A DNA stretch of 64,000 nt from Oculina patagonica (taxonomy: Eukaryota), in the NCBI RefSeq assembly GCF_052425735.1, contig NC_135762.1, forward strand, positions 33,480,001-33,544,000, in the 5' to 3' direction. Both the position numbers and the translations under genes were made by a program. Below, one piece after another: positions 45,501-57,500 of the stretch. Numbering within the stretch: the first letter of the stretch is position 1; the number at the start of each line of letters is the position of its first letter. The notes below the pieces were generated by a model. The model did not search any database. It saw nothing but the letters and a program-made list of their open reading frames with translations, and was not told the origin of the DNA.

Positions 45501-48500
45501 CTTCATGTTTATACGTTACACTGTAGGTGATAAAATTAGGTGGCTCTGTGTATAAATAGACACGCACTCGCGCATTTCGAGATCTTTAGAATGTATTTAT
45601 TTCGTGTCCGAATTTTTTTTTTTTTAAAATCCATGAGTAATGTGCTGTCTGTAAGAGTTCGAGGATGTGGCTTCTGTTGCCGTATCAGTAAGTGAGCGCT
45701 AAGTTAGCTCCCGGAAATGGGAAAATGATGGACAAAAGATGAAGGAAAATATGACTGCTAAGTTGAAAGTCAATACAGCATTAAATTAATTGATATGAAG
45801 AACCACGCCAGTGTGACACATTAAAGATTAGCTCAGGATTGGCTTTGTATGATGGCGTCTGAGTGCTAACATTTTTCATTTTTATTCAACAAAGGCGATG
45901 ACACAGAGGAGGTGGAAACGGACTACCTTAATTTACGTAAGTTTAAGAAAATATCTTTTGGTTAATGCAAGGTTGTTTTGAAGTGATCATTAACTTTTAG
46001 ATTCTGATTTAACATCACAGCCACACCAATAAAGCACTTTAACGTAGTTTCAAAATTTTAACATTTAGTTAATTGATTGAAGAACCACGCCATTAAGACA
46101 TGGATTTGGTTACGGATTACTAACATGTTTCTTCTTTATACAACAAAGGCGATGACACAGAGATGGTCGGAGCAGATTACATTAATCTACGTAAGTTGAA
46201 AAGTATGATTGTTGGCAAAAGATTTGCAGCCATCATTTCTTTTAGATCCTGACTAAAACGATCAGTAAAAAACTACAAAGCTAAGCGTTCACTGACTATT
46301 TCTGTGAAAAGAATTGTATATCGGCTTGGTAACGGCAGTAAGCTGTTTCAAATGAAAATATTTAACAAAGGGGGCCATTATTCTAATGCTTTGCAAACAC
46401 GAAAGGAGCCTTTGCCTATCTTTTGGGAATAGGCTTCTTCTGATGTATTAAAATTCAGCTTGGTAGCGAGGCCTAGAGGACACAAACAAAAGAAATGAAC
46501 AAACATGCTTGTAAAATTTCTTTCGTTTATGTCCACTAGGCCTCGCTCCCAAGCTGAATTTTAAAAGAAAGAAGCCAATTGAATGATAGCAAAATACAAA
46601 ACAGTTGCTCATATTCTCTTTTTCGATATTCCATCTGTGCACGTGATCTGCACCTGGCAGCCACGTGTGGCAAGGCGACAGCAGCAGGAAGCCGCGTGAT
46701 TGCTGGCACGGACGCTACTCCAGGTGAATGGCCGTGGCAAGCCAAGCTTAGAACCAAGGAAGGATTCTTCTGCGGCGGTTCACTCATCACACCAACATGG
46801 GTTATGACCGCTGCCCACTGCGTCTCAGGCAGTCAAGATCCTAGCAAGTACACGGTGACACTTGGGGATGTGAACAGAGAGAAACCCGAGGGAACAGAGC
46901 AGGAATTCAACGTGATAAGAGTAGTGGTGCACCCTAAGTACGAATCGCCTGTTGCCATCAACAACGACATAGCCTTGCTGCAGCTGGCTCGTGAAGCCAG
47001 CAAGACTTCCTTTGTAAACACAGTGTGTCTACCTGAAGAGTGGAGAAGTGGTGCCAGTGGGGACCAGATGCTACATTTCAGGTAAAAATAATTTCCATAG
47101 TATTTTTTCTCTATCAACATGTACTTGAGTTCAGAACTGCACTTCACCATCAAGCATAATTCTGCGTCGTTTTAGCGTCTAGGTACAAGATAACGCAGAA
47201 AAACTAAGTGTGTAATACCGTAGTATCCTGATTTAGACCAACAATGACCTATAAAGACTAACCGAGAAAGTTCCTTCCATTAAAGAAATAGAGCTGAGAA
47301 AATAGAAAACATGGAATAATAAATCTTAATTCGAAGGATTGGTAGATAATTCATGCGGACATTTCACGTATCGCTGCGTAAAAAATTAACCGTTTTAACG
47401 AAGACGGCTAGGTAGTAGTTGCGGTAGACTCTGATGACTTCGTAATTTTCCGTCACATAAAAATGAATCTGTTGCCCAAGAAAAAAAGCATTGAAACAAA
47501 CAATACTCAGTTCTACTTCTTGCAAGAACTGTGTGTGACTTTCATGAATCACGGTGATGCTGTTTATGTTACAGGTTGGGGACAAATGACTCATCCCGAC
47601 TCTTCCGCCATTAAACTCCAACAAGCCGCCATGCCAGTGGTGTCCAACCGTGTATGCCAAGCCAAGCACATGAAGTCACCCGTCAGCAGCGCAGGGGAGA
47701 CCGCTGTCACTGCAGCCATGCTGTGTGCAGGCGATGCTGGCAAAACTAAGACCAGCGGGTGCTTTGGTGACAGCGGAGGGCCCTTTGTTTGTAAAAACTC
47801 CGCTGGCCAGTGGGTACAGCAGGGGATTGTAAGCTGGGGGGACACGACCTGCTCGTCAAAGAGTCACTTCACTGTGTTTGCTCGAGTGAGTGTGTTCCGA
47901 CAGTGGATTGAGGATATAATCAGCGAGTAAACTCAAGGTGTTATACGAATCGCTTTAACACGAACAAACTACGTTAAATTAAATTGCACGTATAAAGAAA
48001 ATCTTAAAAGTGACTACTATCTTAATTAAGACTGTATTAAAATACCTTTACTAAAGATAACAAGAATAAAGCGATGGATGTGTGGATTTAGTGTTCTTTG
48101 TTTTTGTTTGTGTTGTTTTCTTTACTTTTATTTTTTCCACGGGAGTGGTCTGTAACAGATACCCGTTGAAAACCTGAATGGTCCTGTAGTGTTCACGGCA
48201 AAAATGGACGAACCAGAGAACCGAAGGCGATTTGGCGGCAAATAATATGGACGCGGGCTTTGACAGATTATGATCTTCGATTCACCCACACGAGGCTGTT
48301 TCTTTATTTTTTAAGGCATTTCTACGCCATATTTAAAGGATCAGATTGTTACCTCGATTTCAATTTTAAGAATTCAATTTGACAGCCACTCGTCTAATTT
48401 AATTTATCGGAATTAAATTTCTTCGCCTCCCAAACTATGAGGTGTTTCATTTATCAAGTAATAAAACACATCGAGAAAACTAACAAAGAAATCTTTATGA

Positions 48501-51500
48501 TTATCGGGTTCTTGCTGTTGGCCGCCGGCATATTTACCGTGATTGGTTAATACAAGTAACCACTGCACGACTTTTCAGCCAAGTACACATCCTAACAAAC
48601 GCAAAATCAAGGCGAACAAATGATAGGCCATCTAAGTCTGTTTAAAAATGAAGCCTGATGCAAACTGTCACATGAAAGTGGACGTAAGCAAAACTCATTT
48701 TCACGTTTAAAGCTCTTCACCCACCCTCATTCTGATACCGTGGCAAACGGCAGCTAAAAATGGCCACCGTATAGCTTGCCTCACTACAAGAAAATTAAAA
48801 AGACGAGTTTCTGTACTCTAAAGAACTTTAAAACACAACATACCTAGTCCCGAGGTTCGCGAATCTTTTTCTACCCCTGAACACAGCTTGTCCGCCTCAC
48901 GAGCCATGGCCAGTTCAAAGGACCTCGACGGGGAACCAAATGTGTCATCAGAAACTTCAAGTTTGTCATTCACATCTGTAGCGTGACAGGAAACGTCGCA
49001 CGTAGCCTGGACTTGCGCTTTGTCACGCAATGGGCTGGGCGAGCCAGAGAGAACGTTTGCATCACGTGTTAGGCTCGTGTCGTAATCTTTAAGCACGCTC
49101 CGGTCATGAAGTCTGGTATTAAAACCGGTTGAACAGGTAATACCGGTTATTACTTTGTCGGGATTCTCGCTGGATATAGGTTTTGGTGTGGATTGGGCCA
49201 GAGCTTGGAACGGAGTCTGAGTCGTAGGTGAAAAAAAGTTGTGTGGATAAGGCGACTGTGTCAGGATTGGTTTGGGAGATGGTGGAGAGAACTGCATTGT
49301 AGCAGCGTCAACATGGGATGATGGAGAAATCAGGTTATCGTCCAAATCTGCTTCGGACCGGGAGGGTTTATTGAGAGGCGGCGGAGGTCTCAATGGGTCT
49401 TCAAGCAACGTTTTAGAGAGATTATTGTCGTCACATTTAGAGTCATCCTGACAAGAATACTCCAGCAAGAATTCCTCAACTATGCATGAGTTATCTGCCC
49501 TCTGTGCTCTGTCAAGCATAGCGTCCTTTGCCTCCAGTGGTTCTAAAGGCTGATCTACCGTGTTAACATCGTCCACGGATAGCTCCACAGGTTCCATGGA
49601 CTGATTCGTGGTAGACCCTGAGAACAGCACTCGAGCAATTCGCTGAAAAAAAAAATAGCATGTTCTCAGCTATCGTATGGCACGCTTTACTTTCTTAATA
49701 AGCCTACTAAAACTGGAATCAACCTTTATTCTTTCTGCTTCAAGGGATTTGTACTGTCGTATTTTGGTTTCATCACATTAGTTTTTAATCAATATGCACG
49801 ATAGAAGTATCGAACTTTCAGTAATTCAATATACAAAAAAATTAAGATTCGAAAAAGGCCAGCTTTTGGAGATATACATTTTGGAAAATTCTGCGCACCT
49901 TAGCCGGCGGCTGCCCCTCTTCCTCTGTCACGTTTTCATCGATTTCTTCCAAGTGTCCTTTGTCGCCGTCAGTTTCATCTGTAAAATACAAAGCAAAATT
50001 AATGCGAGGGGAAAAAAAGCAGTTGACAGGGCTCAAAAAGGTGCCGTTTGGCCGTCCCATACTAGATTTTCCTGTCGGGCAAGTAACGTTTCATCTCACT
50101 TGCCCAATGAGTAAAGGCCCAAGCAAGTCATCTATCTGCCCACTAACTAAAATTAAAAAAGGAAAACAAAGACAAGCATGTAACTGCCCCGGTTGAGCAA
50201 AATTTGAGAGCTGTGCTTGTCTCGAAGGGCGAGCTGGAATATGAGTTTTCTTCAAGCCCTGAGTAGATTGCTCATGGTTGATGTTTTTGTGAGATCCATT
50301 ATGGAGCACAGAGTCTGGTCTGCAGTCTCGACCTATCTTCGCATTACTTTTTTTTCCCGCAGGGGTCTAGAGAGAATGACAGAGGATAACGCATGGAAGC
50401 CATATCCAGTAGATCCCAGTAAACGCGCCGCGCGGCCGTCAGGCGGATGTCTGCGTTTAAATGTGTTTGCTCCAATTATTTCTTTTAGTCTTATCACGAA
50501 GATGAAAGCTTTCAACTCAAGCGAGATTTGTTAAAAAGCTTTCTGCAACACACGCTGATGAATAAAAAATAGACAAGACGCTTCAAGCGACATTAACAGA
50601 CACTTTTCCGGTATCATTTGATCGATCATCCATTTTACCAGCGACACCTGCGTCCAGCAGAGCGAAGAGTAAACTACATGTAAAATAACAAAATAAATAG
50701 CATTCGCTTTGAGTTTTTACACTGCACATAAAATATCAGAGAACATATCTTAAAAAACGCTTGGAACCAATTTCAAGCAGTGACGAAGTAATTTCTTATC
50801 TAGAAAAAGCTGTGGAGATCTATGCCGGTTTGTATTACTCATTCTAAACAATGCTCGTTAGATGATAAATAAAAAAACATAGCGTGCCTTTCCACGGAAT
50901 AACCTTTATTTCAGAAAAAATAATGGATATACATCTGCTCTGCTTCCGCGCGTCAAACACGCACATCATGAGAAACGTTTCAAATATGTCATTAAATTCT
51001 CCCAAATTAGTCGATAGGAAATGTCTGCAGGCTTGTTTGGAGAATTCGTATGTTAACAATGGGTTAAGAGAGTTATGTTGGTTGCATAAGGTGACTATTT
51101 AACACCAATTCGAGTAGGAAGGGAACACTTGAACTACATTTCACTGTTCAAGAGCTTGACGAAGCTTTCAGTTACCTACGAGAGCGCCAAAGAGTGTTCA
51201 AAATGAAATTTCTCCCTACAATAACAATACAACGTCAAGTAGACAGATAGGGAGAATATAGAAAATCATCAACTATGGGAGACACGAATAACGGTTATGC
51301 ATGACCAAATTCTTATAATGTCAGAAAAAAGAAATGTGTGGATACCGGTAAGGACAAATTAGGAGTCAAATAAGGCGGTATGTTACCGCCTGCAGGCGAT
51401 ATGTGTTGTAAACTACGGTATAGCCTAAAGACGCGTGTAATAATTAAAACTCAAGGTGGAATCGTGAAAGAATCTTTGGTATGTCCAAAGTGGTCTTATA

Positions 51501-54500
51501 ACTGCTTGCCAGAGACCTGACTCAAGTCACTTAATTTCATACGTTGTTGATAACACAGTGAAGATATGTAGATCTTTGCCGTGTCCGATGGTGGCTTTAA
51601 TTAATGCGCACCGCTTTTGGCGGCTTGTTAGTTAAAACTTTATAGAGTTTAATTACTTTCATCTTCTTAAATCCTAAGATATTTTGTCTCCAGCAGACAA
51701 TATACATGCCATCAGTTTTCGGGGATGTTGTGGCTTTGCAAACGAAGTAACATTCGCTTCGACCCGAAGGACACTCAAGGCCTCGGAATCAAGTTTTTAT
51801 AAGAAAAATAAGAATTATATCAAAACATGAACAACTCCAGCAGAAAAAATAACCGTTCCCTTCATATTGCGTGCGCCTATCATGAGAAAATTTTGGAAAA
51901 ACGCCGGCGACGGTTTTTTAAGAGCTCGTGTTAATTAATTTAAACGGCTTTTAATCCCTTACAAAGGTAGCGTATGATAAATAATTGAAATACACTGGCA
52001 AGGAAGAATTAAGAAGCGGGAAAGGGGGATTATTGTCAAGAATAGCTGTTTTAACGTACTGTAGCAGGTGCGCTCAGTTTACAAAACAAAATGGAACATT
52101 TCTAGGAACTTATTAGAGCGCCGGGTACATGACATGCTCACGAATAATTAACAGATGTATAGGAGCTCCCCGGCGGTATATCTGCAGTAGTCTTCTCAAT
52201 AGGAGAATCTCCCGGGGATTCCCATAGCCGTCGGGTATGGTTTAACGAAATGGCGAAATCTCGCGGGGATTCCCATAGCCGTGGGGTATGGTTCCGTTAC
52301 ATTCCAAGGTTTATAGTCGTACTAAGGGTTTCTAAATTTAACCGCTCCCCTTCTGGAGTTGCACATATCTCATCTGTCGTTATACAAGTTTCGTGTCGGA
52401 CAGTTACATGTTCCTTCACCCAATGCCCCCCATAAGATCTAAAAGGTCGGGTTCCAATCTTTGAGTCAATTAACTGCAAATTCATAATTCCCCTGCGGTA
52501 ATATACGGATCAGTCGACGGGCCGAAGATCAAAGATAAGTATCAATGAAATATGCTTTTTGATGTGCTCTTGAGAAACCGTTAAACCCACGAAGGAAAGC
52601 AAATAAATAATATATGACACACAACGAATATTGGCCACAAGCTTTTACTGTACGTCGCGGCGAATTTTAACAAATTAGCACAAATTCGCTAATCACAAAT
52701 CAGACATTCCAAGCAAATATAAGTGTAAAGTAGCAACAAGGCCTGAGACAGCGCGTAGAAATTAAAAAAAAAAAACTCTCAAGTGGAATAAAGATTAAAT
52801 TTTGCAGTTATTTGTGTACAAATGTATACACTACATTCGTTGGATTTTCGTTGATGTATTCATAATTGATGAGCTCACAGCTTGAGAGGTACTTCTTGAG
52901 GAAAAATATGCATTTATGCTGGCGAAAATAGATGACATGAAACCCAATTAGCGCGCCGGGGGTATGAAAAAAAGTCACAAAAAAGACTTCACTGTTTTAT
53001 AAACAAGAAACAGTTAAAAGTATTTCGGTCATTAGCGAGATGGATACTGCGCGTAGGTAAAGAAACGAAAAGATAACGAGAAAAAGTTTAAAAACCACAG
53101 ATAAGAATCCCAACAGTGGTGTGTAAGTACGCGAAGGCGCATGCTACAAGAGAATTAACGCCGCCAGCACAAGTTCACTCTTCGGCTAATGGAAGGGTTC
53201 GGCAACAGCGATCATTAACACTTGAAAAGGATTTCTCCTACCTCCAGCTGGTTCGTTCGTCTTAAGCGGAGGAGTCGCCATCGATTCAGACCATTCTGTA
53301 ACATCATCATCGCTACCTCCCGCTAACAGACAAGAAAGATTCGAGGTTCTTTGGCCCTGGGAAGATATAAAAACAAATCAACAAAACACGCGACAGTTTA
53401 CATGTATTGTCTCATCACTCGCCAGATTTCAACGCTATGATAACAAAGCCAACGAGGAGCGCCACTTTAAAAAAATCGAGTTCGACGCTGTTTGATCGGC
53501 AGGGGTTAACTGCAGTGCGAGAAGTTGAGACGTGGGAGAATTGAAGATTTAATTCATTGCTACTTGCCACTGGGTTTAAATTAAGGTGAGTCACTGTATG
53601 TACATAACCATCTTTGTAACAGTATTTACGTTACTACCAGGAACGCTCAGAAAACAAGGAACATTGAAACGAAAAAGGCTGTTTAAATTTTACTTCAACT
53701 CCCTGCTGATTTCGAGCTTACAACTCAAATATATTGCGTTGTAATGGATACCTCATCCGCAAGAAAATTTAGCAAAACAGTGCTGTTTCTGAAAGATCGT
53801 CGTTAACGTCTCGAAGTTTATAATCAACTCAGTCGCTTTAACGCCACATCAAAAAGTTTAAAAATGAGTTATGTCAAATTAACAAATCTACAAATTTGTA
53901 CATTGTAAAATTTAGGAGTGATCTCACTTTAGTCAGTGGAAGCTTCACGAGCGCAAATATATTTTCTTGGTCGTTGAGGAAAGAATGTACAGAAGAAGGA
54001 AACACTTTCAGAACAAGTTGATCACGAAAAGAAGATGTTTAAAACAAGGAAATTCAAACAGTAAAAAGATTAATTGTTGTATATACGTGTATGTATACTA
54101 TATTTAAAAAAGGTGTGAGTTTGTTCAAGAAGTTTCTAATAAGTGACCACCATGAGTATCTTTCAAATAGATCACTCAAACAATAAGTATAACATTCATA
54201 GCATTATTTTTTTTGTTTGGAAGGATTTTATAACACTAGCTTTTCACCGTGCTTCGCTTTTTGGCATACGCTTTGTAGAATTAAGTGTAACTCATGAATG
54301 CAAACAGCTATATTTTTTTAATCGCAAATAAAGGCTTTTTGATGAAACAATCGAAATGCACTGTACATGAATTTTATCAGGCCGATAAGCATAAGCATAT
54401 CAACTGAAAACGCCTGCTACAAAAAATATTTGCACCACGACGTACATGAAATCGTAAGAAAATTTGCCAATCGCGTACAGGAAGGTCAAGTTATTTTGTC

Positions 54501-57500
54501 TTATCAGTAAAAAATATAACGTGGAGATAAAAATGCCGACACATGTTATTATTATTACTATTAGAAGTAAGCCCCAAAACGGAATCGTGTCTGAGTCTCG
54601 GCATACAAAATGTCATATTTTAGCATGGTTTTAAAACGCTCTTGACACTGTAGTTACCTAGGACTATGAAAACATTCATGCAAGTAAGGTTTTAAGATGC
54701 AAAACTCTACACAAAAAATAATGGTAGGATTAAGTTGAACAGAAGGTCAGATAAATGACACAAACCATTAGGACGTGAGGATAATCAACGATGATAAAGA
54801 TGGAAAATAATGGAAAAACTCGAAAACGTTACATGTACATAAAACTGCTGGAGCGATCTGTGGTCATAGCTTTAAATTTTTGTGACATCTTAGCTTTTTA
54901 GATCTGTTTTAAACGTTTGTTGCATGTACAATTATATTGTAGTATAAAGGCGGTGTTACGCGGGACAACTTGCAACAACGATTTTTTGCGCAAAAAATCA
55001 AACACCGTGCAACATGATACCGGGGACGATTTTTCGCGCAACTTTTCACTCGGCAACACGTTGCGAGTTTTTTAACCCAAGTAAGAAACCCCCAACGTTT
55101 TGCCAACATTGTTGAGCGAAAAATCGCTGTTGCAAGTTTTTAAGTGTAACAAAACCTTAACGGCCTTACGTTTCCTAGCTTGTCTGGCATGACTTTGGAA
55201 ATTTGCAAAACTCTTGGATATTTTTTCTGTTCATAAACATTGCATGTCCATAATTCGAAAGACCATTTAACAAGTTTTAATTATTAAATTTCAGCTATTG
55301 AGCTTCTTTCAAACAAGGCTCAGATTACTGGCAACAATTCATTTGTGACATCTAAACTCACAGTAACCAGTCACGTGCTAATTTACAAACACATCTACAT
55401 GTACATACTTGTTACATACACAGACGCTTTTGTTTTGCTTTATTCTTTTCAGTAATCTTAATATAATTGTCATAACTTCTGTTTGTTAGTAAGTTGACAT
55501 TACTTCTTAAAATACTGTAGATGTCAACAGGGCATTGCAAAAGGTAAAGGTAAGGGGGGTAGGGTGGGGTGGGAAAGGGCACTGGTAGGGGTAAAGGGTT
55601 TCGACTCAATGGCAATCAGTCTCCACAATTTTCTATTGGATCATCTGTTTACACTCACCCCTGTTAAAATATTTCTGTCTGTATCCTGCTGGAAGAAGTT
55701 TGTCAAATTCGAAAAAAAAAATCAAGTAAAATAAGCATCAGGAAAATTAACTAAAACCCAGGTTTGTGTACTTGTCCCTGATTAACTTCTATATTTATTA
55801 TGTGGGTAGAATTTTTTGTCAAAGTTATTGTATTGTTATTGGTATTGTTATTAATATAGTTGTTAATTCAGAAAATATCCATACTCCCCAATCCCCCTGG
55901 AAATTTCAGTTTGACTTAATTGTTTCTTTTGAAACTTCCCACCATCTTCAATTTCCAATAACCTTCCATGAGGTGGGTATGGACATTTTCTTGGAACTGT
56001 ATAATTGAGTTACCATTATTTCTGCTAAAATGTCTGGTGTTGTTGTTCTTCCTCTTGACCAGTGTCTTTCAATTGTGTATCTGGAGTGGACCACTGGTGT
56101 GCTTACAATCTGAGGAGTACTTGGGCTTGCATCAACTGGCTTGTACGTAGTGTCTCCATGACAGGTAGGCTGTGACTTCAAGCCTTTTAAACAGAGAACA
56201 GATTAAATTATTTATATGTTATGTGGTTGTTTTGAGTCAATCAAAGAGCAAGCTTTGGTGATATTAAAAGGGATTTGTGTTTGGCATCCTCAAGAACTCA
56301 GGAACAGTACGTCAGGGTGACAAGGTTGGAAACTAAAATTTCGGAGCACTCGCCATCTGGGCGAGTGACCTTCGAATTGCACTCGCCCAAATCAGTTTTC
56401 ACTGACTCGCCCAGTCTCCTTAAGTAAAAAAAAAAATTGACCCCCTTGTTTAAAGCATTATAAAATGTACAACTTTAAATTTTTTTAACCACGTTTGATA
56501 CTCACTGTGCCACCGAGGTGGTTGGCCGCGATACAGACTGCAATCTATTTCTTCAATGAAAAATCGCCTAAAATAGACCTTAACTCCAAAATAAAAACAC
56601 GAACACACTTATTATAAACGCGTTTTTTCCTGTAGTTTGCAAGCAAAGAGTCGAAATTGTTCAGTAAAAGTGGCGGGAAATGGCCGTCTTAGCTAGCTTG
56701 CAGCATTTCTCGGTTCGGTAGACGAGTCAACGGTATTTTATGCCCAAAGGTATTACTTTGAACACTGATATGTCCATCATGCAACAATCACCAAGTGAAG
56801 GCCATTTTTATCTGTTACGAACACGAACCACTGAGCTTTGTTGTCTTTTTTGGAGATTTGAAAATGTTGGTAAGCTATCAGCTTGTGAACAGTGTAGATT
56901 ATTTTAAAGTGAAAAGTAAAAAGTCATGCTTATTTTGAATAATATATTCTGGATATGAAAATCGCACTCGCCAAACTGGGCGAGTGATCCGTGATTTGTA
57001 CTCGCCTGACCGTTTTCACACTCGCCTGGGCAAGCGCTAATTTCCAACCCTGGGGTGAGAGGATGTACCTATAAATTCATTGGCAAAATAGATTTGATGA
57101 AAGTTTACAAGTATCCTTGCTCCTCTTGCAAACTTTAGTTTCACCCTGACTAACTGTACCTGTGACTTCTCAAAGAGGCTTGGAAGGTTACTGCAATAAT
57201 TTACAAGTACTCATTTTAAAATCCTGGTTGAAATTGGTGCAAATTATAATGGGTGAACACAATTTCTGGTACAAAGAGTAGTTTACAGTACACATAGATT
57301 TTGAGCCAGAAAGTGGCTTGCCTTGGAACACAACACAATAACCCCCATACATCATGTGTAAAAAAAAATACATTTAATACACCAAAAAAAGCCAAAAGGC
57401 AAAATCTTTTTCCTATTTCGTACTGAAATAGCTCAAAAACCTGGCCTTATATCTATTCAACTATGCTTTAAGATTTACAGTACACCTGTACGTCTATAGG

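Noticed and set aside
50091-50534. Overlapping short ORFs in BRCA2 intron 4, possible extra exon
   Set aside because: No convincing donor or homology; the flanking exons already join in phase.
52208-52293. 35-bp direct repeat (GGGGATTCCCATAGCCGT.GGGTATGGTT twice)
   Set aside because: Only two copies in an intron, with no other support for function.
55554-55598. G-quadruplex-like run GGGGGGTAGGGTGGGGTGGGAAAGGG
   Set aside because: Single intronic low-complexity tract with no evidence of function.
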